Below are positions 18,592 through 26,757 of a stretch of 32,000 nucleotides of DNA, piece after piece (the stretch's first letter is position 1; each line of letters opens with the position of its first letter). Under the pieces are notes generated by a model. The model was not told the origin of the DNA, did no database searches, and saw only the letters and a list, made by a program, of their open reading frames with translations. A program made the position numbers and the translations under genes. The stretch comes from an archaeon (GTDB lineage: Archaea; Iainarchaeota; Iainarchaeia; Iainarchaeales; CSSED10-239): contig DAOMZT010000001.1 in the NCBI GenBank assembly GCA_035400625.1, positions 1 through 32,000 on the forward strand, given 5' to 3'.

Positions 18592-18756
18592 ATATTTTTC
18601 TTTCTTTTTATTTTTTAAAATATATTTAAGCTATATAAATAAAAGCAATATATATTTATATATCTTTCATTAATTACAATGAATGAAAAATATTTTAAAT
18701 ATTAACCATTTACTAGAAAAAGTTATTTTGTTATGAAAAAACATAAAAATAGAAAT

Positions 18757-18778
18757 CCAAGAAAAAGTATTTTCTTGG
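18757..18778 (-). terminator. Hairpin plus T-rich tract just downstream of the LemA gene
   Basis: CCAAGAAAA (18757..18765) and TTTTCTTGG (18770..18778) form a perfect 9-bp inverted repeat with a 4-nt loop, 3 nt after the LemA stop. On the transcribed strand it is followed by ATTTCTATTTTTAT. Confidence 0.45.
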
Positions 18779-18781
18779 GAA

Positions 18782-19339
18782 TTAAAAAGAAACCTTGATG
18801 TTCTTTTTTTCTTCAGCTGTTGCTTCTAGGAAAGTTTCTTCTTTGAAATTAAACATCTTAGCAAAGACGCTGTTCGGGAAAACTTGTAGCTTGTTATTGT
18901 AGTCCATTATTGTGTCGTTGTAATATTGTCTTGCATATGCTATTTTGTTTTCAATACCTGATAACTCCTCTTGAAGCATTAAGAAATTCTGGCTTGCTTT
19001 AAGGTCTGGATAGTTTTCAACAACAACATTTAAAAGACCGCCAATTGCCTTAGACAACTGATCGTTTGTTTTCATTGCTGCTTTTATGTCTTTTGTTTGC
19101 ATAGCTTGATTTCTTAATTCTGTAATTTTTGATAATGTGCCTGCTTCGTGCTTTGCATAGCCTTTAACTGTCTCAACAAGGTTTGGTACAAGATCATATC
19201 TTTTCTTTAGCTGAACATCAATCTGGCTCCAGCCGTTTTTTACCTTGTTTCTCATAACAACTAGGCTATTGTAAATGAATAAAGCCATTAGCAAAAATAC
19301 ACCAAGAATCACCAGAATAACTATTAGTGCTATTGACAT
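18782..19339 (-). CDS. lemA: LemA family membrane protein
   Basis: 185 aa with an N-terminal TM helix, then YNSLVVMRNKVKNGWSQIDVQLKKRYDLVPNLVETVKGYAKHE, the characteristic LemA motif. Confidence 0.9.
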   Translation of the reverse strand: MSIALIVILVILGVFLLMALFIYNSLVVMRNKVKNGWSQIDVQLKKRYDLVPNLVETVKGYAKHEAGTLSKITELRNQAMQTKDIKAAMKTNDQLSKAIGGLLNVVVENYPDLKASQNFLMLQEELSGIENKIAYARQYYNDTIMDYNNKLQVFPNSVFAKMFNFKEETFLEATAEEKKNIKVSF

Positions 19340-19413
19340 TTTTGAATCACCATTTTATTGTTATAACTAGATAATATATAAGATGTTAATGTTTATAAAG
19401 AAATTGTTTGAAA

Positions 19414-19875
19414 CTATTGAAGTTTTTTTGAAAGATTATTACAGCCTTCTTCTATTTTTTTTATTGCTATTCTTATATATTCTTCAGATTTTTCTTTAGA
19501 ATTGGTTTCTTGAAGTATGTCTGAATAATCTAGAAAATCTTCATTTTCATAAAAGCAAAGCTCATTAAAAAGAACAGAATCTCTATTGAATTTTTCTTTT
19601 AAGAAACCCTTGTGAAAATTAGTCATTGAGACTACAACATCAGAAGAATCAAGAATTTCTTTTGTAACTTTTCGTTGCTTGTGTTTAGAATAGTCTATCT
19701 TTCTTTTGTTTAGCTCTTCTTTGACTACAGGGTGTATTTCTTGTTGTCTTGCAGTTATGCCTGCTGAAGAGACTTTTGTTTTTTTATGATCTTCAAGAAG
19801 AAATTTTTTCAGCAAAAGCTCTGCACACATGCTTCTGAAGATATTTCCTGCACATACAAAAAGTATTGATTTCAT
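19414..19875 (-). CDS. Low-molecular-weight protein-tyrosine phosphatase / ArsC-like phosphatase
   Basis: 153 aa with the P-loop ILFVCAGNIFRS (CX5R[ST]) at residues 4-15. The start ATG overlaps the upstream frame's TGA (ATGA). Confidence 0.8.
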   Translation of the reverse strand: MKSILFVCAGNIFRSMCAELLLKKFLLEDHKKTKVSSAGITARQQEIHPVVKEELNKRKIDYSKHKQRKVTKEILDSSDVVVSMTNFHKGFLKEKFNRDSVLFNELCFYENEDFLDYSDILQETNSKEKSEEYIRIAIKKIEEGCNNLSKKLQ

Positions 19876-20476
19876 CTTACTCTAGGCTTTACTCTTACTA
19901 CTTTTTGCTTATTTGGTTTTTTTGTTTTAGATTTTGGTCTAGGTTTAGGCATGTTTGTGCCTGCTCTTGCTCTTGCTATTGCTCTATTAGATTGTACAAC
20001 TCTATTTAAAGAATTAAATAAGCGTTTATGAACCTTTTGCACACCTTCAGGAATTCTATTTAATTTTTTTCGCTTTATAGTCGGATCTGGACTTTCATCT
20101 AAACAATGAAAATGAATTTTATTTTCTTTTGGATTTTTACCTATTGTTCCATGAAAAGCATTTTCAAAAAATTCAGTTTTATAAGTTCCAGTTTTCTTCT
20201 TATGTCTGCTTTTTGAATACCAATCAAATTAAATGCTATTTCCATAAGATCAGAATGTGTTGCAAAATCACAATTCCAATGTTTTGGTGCTACAAGAACA
20301 TAATCTTTTCCTTGATAGCTTGTACTAAAAAACTTGTACTCATTATGGTTTTTAGATTTTTTATGAACAACAAATATTGAATTCCCTATTTCTGCTTTGT
20401 TGTAATATGTTTTTAGAATTTCTTGCATAGACATATTTTTTTGATAATCTGGAAGTCCAATATTTTTACTGCTCAT
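19872..20476 (-). pseudogene. Frameshifted gene (or -1 frameshift site); hypothetical protein with a weak HIT-like motif and a basic C-terminal tail
   Basis: The listed 111-aa ORF (20141..20476) overlaps a second open frame with no start codon, 118 sense codons at 20228..19875 plus a TGA at 19874..19872. It reads FDWYSKSRHKKKTGTYKTEFFENAFHGTIGKNPKENKIHFHCLDESPDPTIKRKKLNRIPEGVQKVHKRL...KPRVR* and its TGA overlaps the phosphatase ATG. That frame is -1 relative to the 111-aa frame. VLVAPKHW plus KIHFHCL loosely resemble HIT-family motifs. Confidence 0.6.
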
Positions 20477-20486
20477 TTTCTCACAT

Positions 20487-22901
20487 CTATTTCTTTAAAC
20501 TTTTTTCAAGCTTTGCTATTGCAATTCTTGTTTTTATCATAGTATCTGGGTTTAGGCTCATGGACTTTATACCCTCTCTTACCAAGAACTCAGCAATCTC
20601 TGGATAATCTGATGGTGCCTGACCACAAATACCAATATACTTTTTTTTCTTGTTTGCAATCCTTATGACTTCTGCCAACATCTTTTTTACTGCTGGGTTT
20701 CTCTCATCATAGATATTACTTAAAAGTTCAGAGTCTCTATCAAGGCCAAGAACCAACTGTGTCAAGTCGTTACTTCCAATACTAAAACCATCAAAGACCT
20801 CTAAGAACTCTTCTGCAAGTATGACATTAGATGGAATTTCACACATACAATGTACCTTTAAGCCATTCTTGCCTTTCTCAAGACCGTTCTTTTTCATTTC
20901 GCCAAGAACTTTCTTTGCTTCATCTATTGTTCTACAGAAAGGAACCATTAGCTCTAGGTTTATTAGGCCAAACTCTTCTCTAACTTTTTTAATTGCTAGG
21001 CATTCTAAAGCAAAGCCAGCAACATAGTTTCCTTGGTAGTATCTTGAAGCACCACGCCAACCTATCATTGGGTTGTTTTCTTCTGGCTCATAATCTTTGC
21101 CACCTATCAAGTTAGCATACTCGTTTGATTTAAAGTCTGATAGTCTTAGTATTACTTTCTTTGGATAGAAAGCAGCAGCAATCCTTGCAATACCTTGTGC
21201 AAGTTTATCAACAAAGAATTGCTTTTTGTCTTTATAGCCAACGGTTAGGGCAGCTATCTTTGATTTTGTTTCTGGATCTTTTATTTTATTGTAATTTATA
21301 AGAGCAAGAGGGTGAATCTGTATCCAAGAGTTTATAATAAACTCCTCTCTTGCCAGACCTACACCTTCATTAGGAATAAAACTTAAATCAAAGGCCTGTT
21401 CTGGGTTACCGACATTCATTGTTAATTGTGTTTTTGTTTTTTGAATCTCTTTTAGATTTACTGTTTCTTTTGTAAATGGGATTTTACCCTTATAAACAAA
21501 ACCAGTATCTCCACTTGAACAGTCCATTGTTACTTCATCTCCAGTTTCTAATTTTGCTGTGCCATCAAGTGTTCCAACAATACATGGTATTCCTAGCTCT
21601 CTTGAGACGATCGATGCGTGGCAGGTTCTTCCACCTTTGTTTGTAATTATTCCTGAAGCAATTTTCATGATTGGCTCCCAATCAGGATCAGTCATTTCTG
21701 TTACTAAAATTTCCCCTTTTTTAAATTGATTAATGTCTTTTACATTTTTAATGACCTTTACTTTGCCTGTTGCAATCTGTTGACCTACACTTTTACCTAT
21801 TACTACTGGCTTTTTAGTTGTTGAAAGAGTATAAGTTGTGTAGCTGTTTAGGTTCTTTTGAGACTGGACAGTTTCTGGCCTTGCCTGAACAATAAATAGT
21901 TCGTTTGTTTTACCATCAAGGGCCCATTCCATATCCATTGGTTTAAATCTTCCTGCTTGATTAGAATAGTGGTCTTCAATAATGCAAGCCCATTTTGCTA
22001 GAAGCAAAGCTTGGTCATCAGTTATTGAAAACTTGTTTCTATCATTTAGCTCTACAGCAACATTCTTGGTTGGTTTGTTACCTTGAGTATCATAAATCAT
22101 TCTAATTGCTTTCTCACCAAGAACTTTAGAAATTATTGGTTTTTTATTTTGCTTTAAGGTTGGTTTAAAGACAATAAACTCATCAGGATTAACAGCACCT
22201 TGGACAATGTTTTCTCCAAGGCCGTATGTTGAATTGATTATTACTGCATCTTTAAAACCAGTTTCTGTATCTATTGAAAACATAACACCAGAAGAAGCCA
22301 AATCACTTCTAACCATTCTTTGAACAACAACAGAAAGAGCAATACTGAAATGATCAAAGTGCTTGTCTTCTCTATAGGAGATTGCTCTGTTTGTGAAAAG
22401 AGAAGCAAAGCATTTTCTTACGGATTCTAGTAAATCTTCTTTTCCTGTAATATTAAGATAGCTTTCTTGTTGTCCAGCAAAGGATGCATCTGGAAGATCT
22501 TCAGCTGTTGCACTTGAACGAACAGCCACATCTAAATTTTTTATTTTTTCTATTTTACATAATTTATCATATGCAGCAAAAATGTCTTTTTCTAATTCTT
22601 TTGGAATTTCTGCGTGTCTTATCAGATGTCTAATCTTACTGCCTTTTTCTGCAAGAGAATTTATGTTGTGAGTATCTAGATCTTTTAGGATATTTTTAAT
22701 TTCAGATTTTAAACCAGATTTTTCAAGAACATATCTGTAGGCATATGCTGTTACTGCAAAACCATATGGGATCTTTACTCCTTTTTTTCTTAAGTTTTGA
22801 TACATCTCTCCTAAGGAGGCGTTCTTTCCCCCAACATAAGGAACATCCTCTATCCCAATTTCATCAAACCACATTATGAACTTTTTATCTTTAGAAACCA
22901 T
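20487..22901 (-). CDS. ppsA: Phosphoenolpyruvate synthase (pyruvate, water dikinase)
   Basis: 804 aa. N-terminal WFDEIGIEDVPYVGGKNASLGEM, phosphohistidine swivel motif GGRTCHASIVSRELGIPCIVG, and a C-terminal PEP-utilising barrel (FSIGSNDLTQL). AGGAG lies 12 nt upstream of the ATG. Confidence 0.95.
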   Translation of the reverse strand: MVSKDKKFIMWFDEIGIEDVPYVGGKNASLGEMYQNLRKKGVKIPYGFAVTAYAYRYVLEKSGLKSEIKNILKDLDTHNINSLAEKGSKIRHLIRHAEIPKELEKDIFAAYDKLCKIEKIKNLDVAVRSSATAEDLPDASFAGQQESYLNITGKEDLLESVRKCFASLFTNRAISYREDKHFDHFSIALSVVVQRMVRSDLASSGVMFSIDTETGFKDAVIINSTYGLGENIVQGAVNPDEFIVFKPTLKQNKKPIISKVLGEKAIRMIYDTQGNKPTKNVAVELNDRNKFSITDDQALLLAKWACIIEDHYSNQAGRFKPMDMEWALDGKTNELFIVQARPETVQSQKNLNSYTTYTLSTTKKPVVIGKSVGQQIATGKVKVIKNVKDINQFKKGEILVTEMTDPDWEPIMKIASGIITNKGGRTCHASIVSRELGIPCIVGTLDGTAKLETGDEVTMDCSSGDTGFVYKGKIPFTKETVNLKEIQKTKTQLTMNVGNPEQAFDLSFIPNEGVGLAREEFIINSWIQIHPLALINYNKIKDPETKSKIAALTVGYKDKKQFFVDKLAQGIARIAAAFYPKKVILRLSDFKSNEYANLIGGKDYEPEENNPMIGWRGASRYYQGNYVAGFALECLAIKKVREEFGLINLELMVPFCRTIDEAKKVLGEMKKNGLEKGKNGLKVHCMCEIPSNVILAEEFLEVFDGFSIGSNDLTQLVLGLDRDSELLSNIYDERNPAVKKMLAEVIRIANKKKKYIGICGQAPSDYPEIAEFLVREGIKSMSLNPDTMIKTRIAIAKLEKSLKK

Positions 22902-22975
22902 ATTTTATCTTTTCTCCTAATTTAAATTGTATAATTAGAAATAAATAAGAATAAAGGATTTATAAACAATTTGTT

Positions 22976-24817
22976 TTAGCGGGCACCAGCACCACCACCG
23001 CCACCGCCACCACCGCCAAAGCCACCTCCACCACCGCCACCTCCACTACTTGAAGAATAACCTAAAGATGTAGAAAAACTGCTGGTTGCAAATGTTGAAT
23101 AACTTACAAAATCTTGATTTTCTGATAATTGCTCAGGCATAGCAGTCTTTAATGCCTTTGCTGTTTCTTTAGCTACCCCAAAAGCAGTAGCATAGACCAT
23201 GTACTCTTCCCAGAGAATTACGTGCTTTGGAGGGTGATCTTTAATTAAAGAAAAGTCAGTAATGTACTTTTTGAAATTACTCCATTGAAGGTTTTTTATT
23301 CTGCCCTCTTTTGAGAAACGACCAAAGATTGTATTAAAAGTTGTTTTTGATTTCACAAACCCAATAGTTGTTTTTGATCTTATAAATCTTATACTTATAT
23401 TACTTATAATAATAAATATAAGCAAGAAAAAAAACAAAAAGGTCCAATTTGGAAAAATATATGAAGTAAAAAAAGTCAAAAATACAAAGGCAAATAAAAA
23501 CAAATATAATGCCATTACTACTTTTGCAACAACAACTCCAGTATTATTAAAATAATTGTTCTTCTTTGACCATTCTTTTAAATCGGTCCTTATCTCTTTT
23601 TCTAGCTCTCTAAATGAATTTTGAAATTCTAGAGTTTTGTCAAAATTAGCAAACAACCCACCAGTGCTTTTTTTAGAACTTAAATAACCAGTTCTAAAAT
23701 CATTTAAATTAACAACACCATCAGGATAATAAACCCAAAAGAAATCAGCAACTTTTGAAACATATGTTGGCAATTTTACTTTTTTTGCATTTTTAATTTT
23801 AATAAGATTATATTTTTCTAAAGCAAATAATGATTTCTCACTTACCTTTACCAACTCATATTGTTTTTTACAAACCAGATACAATATGGCTGAAGAAAAC
23901 CAATGATCTGATAATTTACCAGTGATAAAATAATTTGCCTGAAGAGGATCTTCTGGACCTGGCAAATCTCTCTCATAAACTCCAAAATATCCTGTTTTAT
24001 TTTCTGGAATATCTCTGCCAAAAATTAACCAGATAAAAAATAGCAACAATATTGGTAGACCAACCATTAAAAAAAAGAATAATGCGATTACTTGTGGGGT
24101 TGCTTCTTTTTTTACATATTCTGTGGTATATTTATCATAGTCCTCTTGCCAGTTTGGTTCCTCATTGATTATTTGTTCTTTGGTGTATGTTCTTTCTGGG
24201 TAGTGATAGAGATTATCTTGATTGAACCATTCTTTTGGCATAAGAATATTTACTTCTATTATCTCATAGGCATAAACATGTTTTGAAATATTCAAAATGT
24301 TTTCTGTGATGTTTGATTGGTAGTTTTTAGAATGAATGAACCTGGTTGTTTGGTTTAGATCACCAGGAAAGATAATGTTAATGTTTGCGTTTGTTGAAAC
24401 ACTTGTTTTTCCTGGATACACTTGATAATAGAATTGAGTTCCGTCTTCTATAGCCCTTATCTGATGCGCAATAGAATAATTGAAATTTGCTGTAACTGTT
24501 GTATCACAAAATTCACCTTTAAGTATTAACTCAGGATCACCAGATTCTGTGTTTTTTTGTTTATACTCAAAGGAACACTCTGCACCTTGGCAATAACCGC
24601 TTGGGTCTATAATTTCTAGATTTGGCCTTTGAAGGAATAGCTCTTTATAACAACCGGACAACTTATAATCTAACTTTTCAGAAACAGAAATTAAGCCTGA
24701 TTGCTCAAGAGTGTAGTTGATGTCGTAATTTGTTATTTCAAAGGACCTAGCAGAAACTGTTGGAAAGATAAATAATGCAAAAACTAGAAATAATAAGATC
24801 TGGTTTCTTTTTAACAT
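22976..24817 (-). CDS. DUF2207-type membrane protein with poly-Gly C-terminal tail
   Basis: 613 aa with an N-terminal signal/TM, an extracytoplasmic domain, central TM helices, and the tail SSSSGGGGGGGGFGGGGGGGGGAGAR. This architecture is typical of DUF2207 proteins, which often accompany LemA genes. Confidence 0.7.
   Translation of the reverse strand: MLKRNQILLFLVFALFIFPTVSARSFEITNYDINYTLEQSGLISVSEKLDYKLSGCYKELFLQRPNLEIIDPSGYCQGAECSFEYKQKNTESGDPELILKGEFCDTTVTANFNYSIAHQIRAIEDGTQFYYQVYPGKTSVSTNANINIIFPGDLNQTTRFIHSKNYQSNITENILNISKHVYAYEIIEVNILMPKEWFNQDNLYHYPERTYTKEQIINEEPNWQEDYDKYTTEYVKKEATPQVIALFFFLMVGLPILLLFFIWLIFGRDIPENKTGYFGVYERDLPGPEDPLQANYFITGKLSDHWFSSAILYLVCKKQYELVKVSEKSLFALEKYNLIKIKNAKKVKLPTYVSKVADFFWVYYPDGVVNLNDFRTGYLSSKKSTGGLFANFDKTLEFQNSFRELEKEIRTDLKEWSKKNNYFNNTGVVVAKVVMALYLFLFAFVFLTFFTSYIFPNWTFLFFFLLIFIIISNISIRFIRSKTTIGFVKSKTTFNTIFGRFSKEGRIKNLQWSNFKKYITDFSLIKDHPPKHVILWEEYMVYATAFGVAKETAKALKTAMPEQLSENQDFVSYSTFATSSFSTSLGYSSSSGGGGGGGGFGGGGGGGGGAGAR
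22979..23056 (-). repeat. GC-rich GGN/AGY codon microsatellite encoding the Ser4-Gly8-Phe-Gly9 tail
   Basis: ccagcaccaccaccgccaccgccaccaccgccaaagccacctccaccaccgccacctcc is an obvious GC island in AT-rich DNA. Confidence 0.9.
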
Positions 24818-24820
24818 ACT

Positions 24821-25294
24821 TTATTCTTTCTCAAATTTATCCCAAGGAAAACCAACCCAATGGCTTACAACCTTGCCATAATATTCAGGAACAATTTTGT
24901 GATGCTCTTTGTTTAGGAAAATTGTAGCACACTTTACTGATTTTACCTTATATGTTTTTAAAAGGTCTTTTAAAAAGATAAGAATATTACCTGTATCACA
25001 AATATCATCAATAATCAGAACATTCTTGCCTTTAAGAAGAGACTTGTCAGGAGCAATCAATAGCTTTAGTTCTTTTTGTTTCTTTTTCTCATAAGAGGAA
25101 ACAGAAACACTCATTATTTTTTTTGTATTAAGAAGGCGTGCAAAGATTACTGCAGGGACTAAACCACTGACCGCAACACCAAGGATATAGTCTACTTTAA
25201 AGTTTGATTTTTTTATTTTTTTTGAAATTTTTTCACAAAGATTTTCTATATCTTCATAGCTATAGTTTATAATTTCCACATTTCTCACCATCAA
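24821..25294 (-). CDS. Purine-type phosphoribosyltransferase
   Basis: 157 aa with the PRPP-binding loop NVLIIDDICDTGNIL. The 4-nt start/stop overlap with the upstream gene (25291..25294) suggests translational coupling. Confidence 0.75.
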   Translation of the reverse strand: MMVRNVEIINYSYEDIENLCEKISKKIKKSNFKVDYILGVAVSGLVPAVIFARLLNTKKIMSVSVSSYEKKKQKELKLLIAPDKSLLKGKNVLIIDDICDTGNILIFLKDLLKTYKVKSVKCATIFLNKEHHKIVPEYYGKVVSHWVGFPWDKFEKE

Positions 25295-26115
25295 ATTATT
25301 TCTTTTTTTAATCTTGTATATCTTCTGTATTTTTCTGTTCTGTTTATGGACTTGTTATGTATTGCTTTTTGTGGGCAGAAATTATAGCATCTTGTACAGA
25401 ACACACAGTTGTTTTTAAAAGTTAATTTGCTTTTTTCTTTTTTGATTGTTATGTTTTTTGTCGGGCATATTTTTTGACAAAGCCCACAATAGTTGCAGGC
25501 ATCTCTATTCCACACAAAACGGTTTTTTTGTGGTTGCATGATTTTGAAAAAGAAAAACTTAGATATTGGTGCAAATAAAGACCAAAAAAAATTTGCTTTT
25601 TTAAATTTAGATTTGCCTGAAATAAGGACCTTAAAATCTTGCTTTATCTTTTCTATTGTGTTACTTATAGATAACTCTATTTGCTCATCTTTGTCAGTGT
25701 CTTTTCTAAACACAAAATAAACATTGTCTGGCATAATGTATGCAAAATTAGAAATAACATTGTATTTTTTCTTCTTAAGGATCTTTTCAAGAACATTAAA
25801 GCTTATGCCTGTTGTTAGGCCAGCTGTTGCAAAAAGAATAACAGGCTTATCTTTTACTTCTGGTAGCTTTTTTACAAAATCAACAACAAGGTCTGGAGGA
25901 TAACAAGCATAGACTGGAAAGCCAATCATTAGAAAATCATATTTGCTTTGGCTTGAAACTACATCTATGTCCTCTATTTTAAAAAGATCAACAGAGACAT
26001 TTGCTTTTTTGTAGTTCTCTTGAAACTCTCCTGCAACAAAGGCCGTGTTGCCAGTTCCTGAGAAATAATAGATTGCACCATTTCCTGGTTTAAACTGTTT
26101 TAACTGTATAGTCAT
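25291..26115 (-). CDS. EFR1-type flavodoxin-like / 2x[4Fe-4S] ferredoxin fusion protein
   Basis: 274 aa. N-terminal IYYFSGTGNTAFVA, and two C-terminal ferredoxin motifs, CNYCGLCQKICP and CVFCTRCYNFCP. Confidence 0.8.
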   Translation of the reverse strand: MTIQLKQFKPGNGAIYYFSGTGNTAFVAGEFQENYKKANVSVDLFKIEDIDVVSSQSKYDFLMIGFPVYACYPPDLVVDFVKKLPEVKDKPVILFATAGLTTGISFNVLEKILKKKKYNVISNFAYIMPDNVYFVFRKDTDKDEQIELSISNTIEKIKQDFKVLISGKSKFKKANFFWSLFAPISKFFFFKIMQPQKNRFVWNRDACNYCGLCQKICPTKNITIKKEKSKLTFKNNCVFCTRCYNFCPQKAIHNKSINRTEKYRRYTRLKKEII

Positions 26116-26136
26116 ACAAAAGAGAGAACAAAAGAA

Positions 26137-26144
26137 TTTAAAAA
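26137..26144 (-). promoter_or_regulatory. TATA-like box upstream of the EFR1-type gene
   Basis: The minus strand reads ATAAACCTTTTTAAA followed by 21 nt and then ATG(26115). The 10-mer ATAAACCTTT is shared with the box at 26547..26554. Confidence 0.4.
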
Positions 26145-26147
26145 GGT

Positions 26148-26525
26148 TTATAATTCTTCAACAGAAGCAGAAATATCTTCAAAGATTACTTTGTCTTTTG
26201 CTATTTCTATTATGTCTTTTGATTTTATTATATCAAAATATCTTATTGGCTTTCCATATTGTTTTGCAAGTTTTATCTCTGCAAAAACACCATCACTTAC
26301 TTGCCCAAACACCCAAAGCTCATCTGCCTTTTTTACCATTGAATTGTTTGCATTTCTTACTAAATCTCTATCTACTGTATCAGACAGAAAATAATCAAAA
26401 ATCATAAATGGGTTCAATGGAACAAAACCCTTTTCTAAAACAAACTTTGAAATATGTTGCCTAAAATAAAAATTTAATTTTGAATATGCGGGATATACTA
26501 ATTTCATATCTGTGCTTTTGTACAT
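26148..26525 (-). CDS. Hypothetical protein, possibly nucleoside 2-deoxyribosyltransferase-like (DUF4406-like) fold
   Basis: 125 aa. The pattern KLVYPAY...GFVPLNP...ADELWVFGQVSDGVFAEIKLAKQYGKPIRYF resembles that family. The true start may be Met7. Confidence 0.35.
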   Translation of the reverse strand: MYKSTDMKLVYPAYSKLNFYFRQHISKFVLEKGFVPLNPFMIFDYFLSDTVDRDLVRNANNSMVKKADELWVFGQVSDGVFAEIKLAKQYGKPIRYFDIIKSKDIIEIAKDKVIFEDISASVEEL

Positions 26526-26546
26526 ATAGAAAATAGAACATAAGCA

Positions 26547-26554
26547 TTTTTAAA
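26547..26554 (-). promoter_or_regulatory. TATA-like box upstream of 26148..26525
   Basis: The minus strand reads ATAAACCTTTAAAAA followed by 21 nt and then ATG(26525). Confidence 0.4.
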
Positions 26555-26666
26555 GGTTTATCACAGAAATTAACAACATTTTTTTTAACATTTCCCGCAG
26601 ATACATTTTCTTTTAGAATTAAAGCAATTTATATTTATTTTGTTTTGCATTGGACAGCTACTCCCG

Positions 26667-26685
26667 AAACACTTAAATAGTGTTT
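26667..26685. promoter_or_regulatory. 19-bp palindrome AAACACT-TAAAT-AGTGTTT upstream of the XPD gene
   Basis: Perfect 7-bp arms with a 5-nt spacer, 72 nt upstream of ATG(26758), in the divergent intergenic region. Confidence 0.25.
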
Positions 26686-26757
26686 TTGGTACTAGTATTA
26701 TAAAAGAGAAAAAAGAAGAACAAATAATCAAAGATTAAAATAACGGATTAAATATAA

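Noticed and set aside
22979-23056. GC-rich island as a possible structured RNA gene or repeat array
   Set aside because: It lies in frame at the 3' end of the DUF2207 ORF and translates to a Ser/Gly tail. There is no spacer-repeat organisation or tRNA-like structure.
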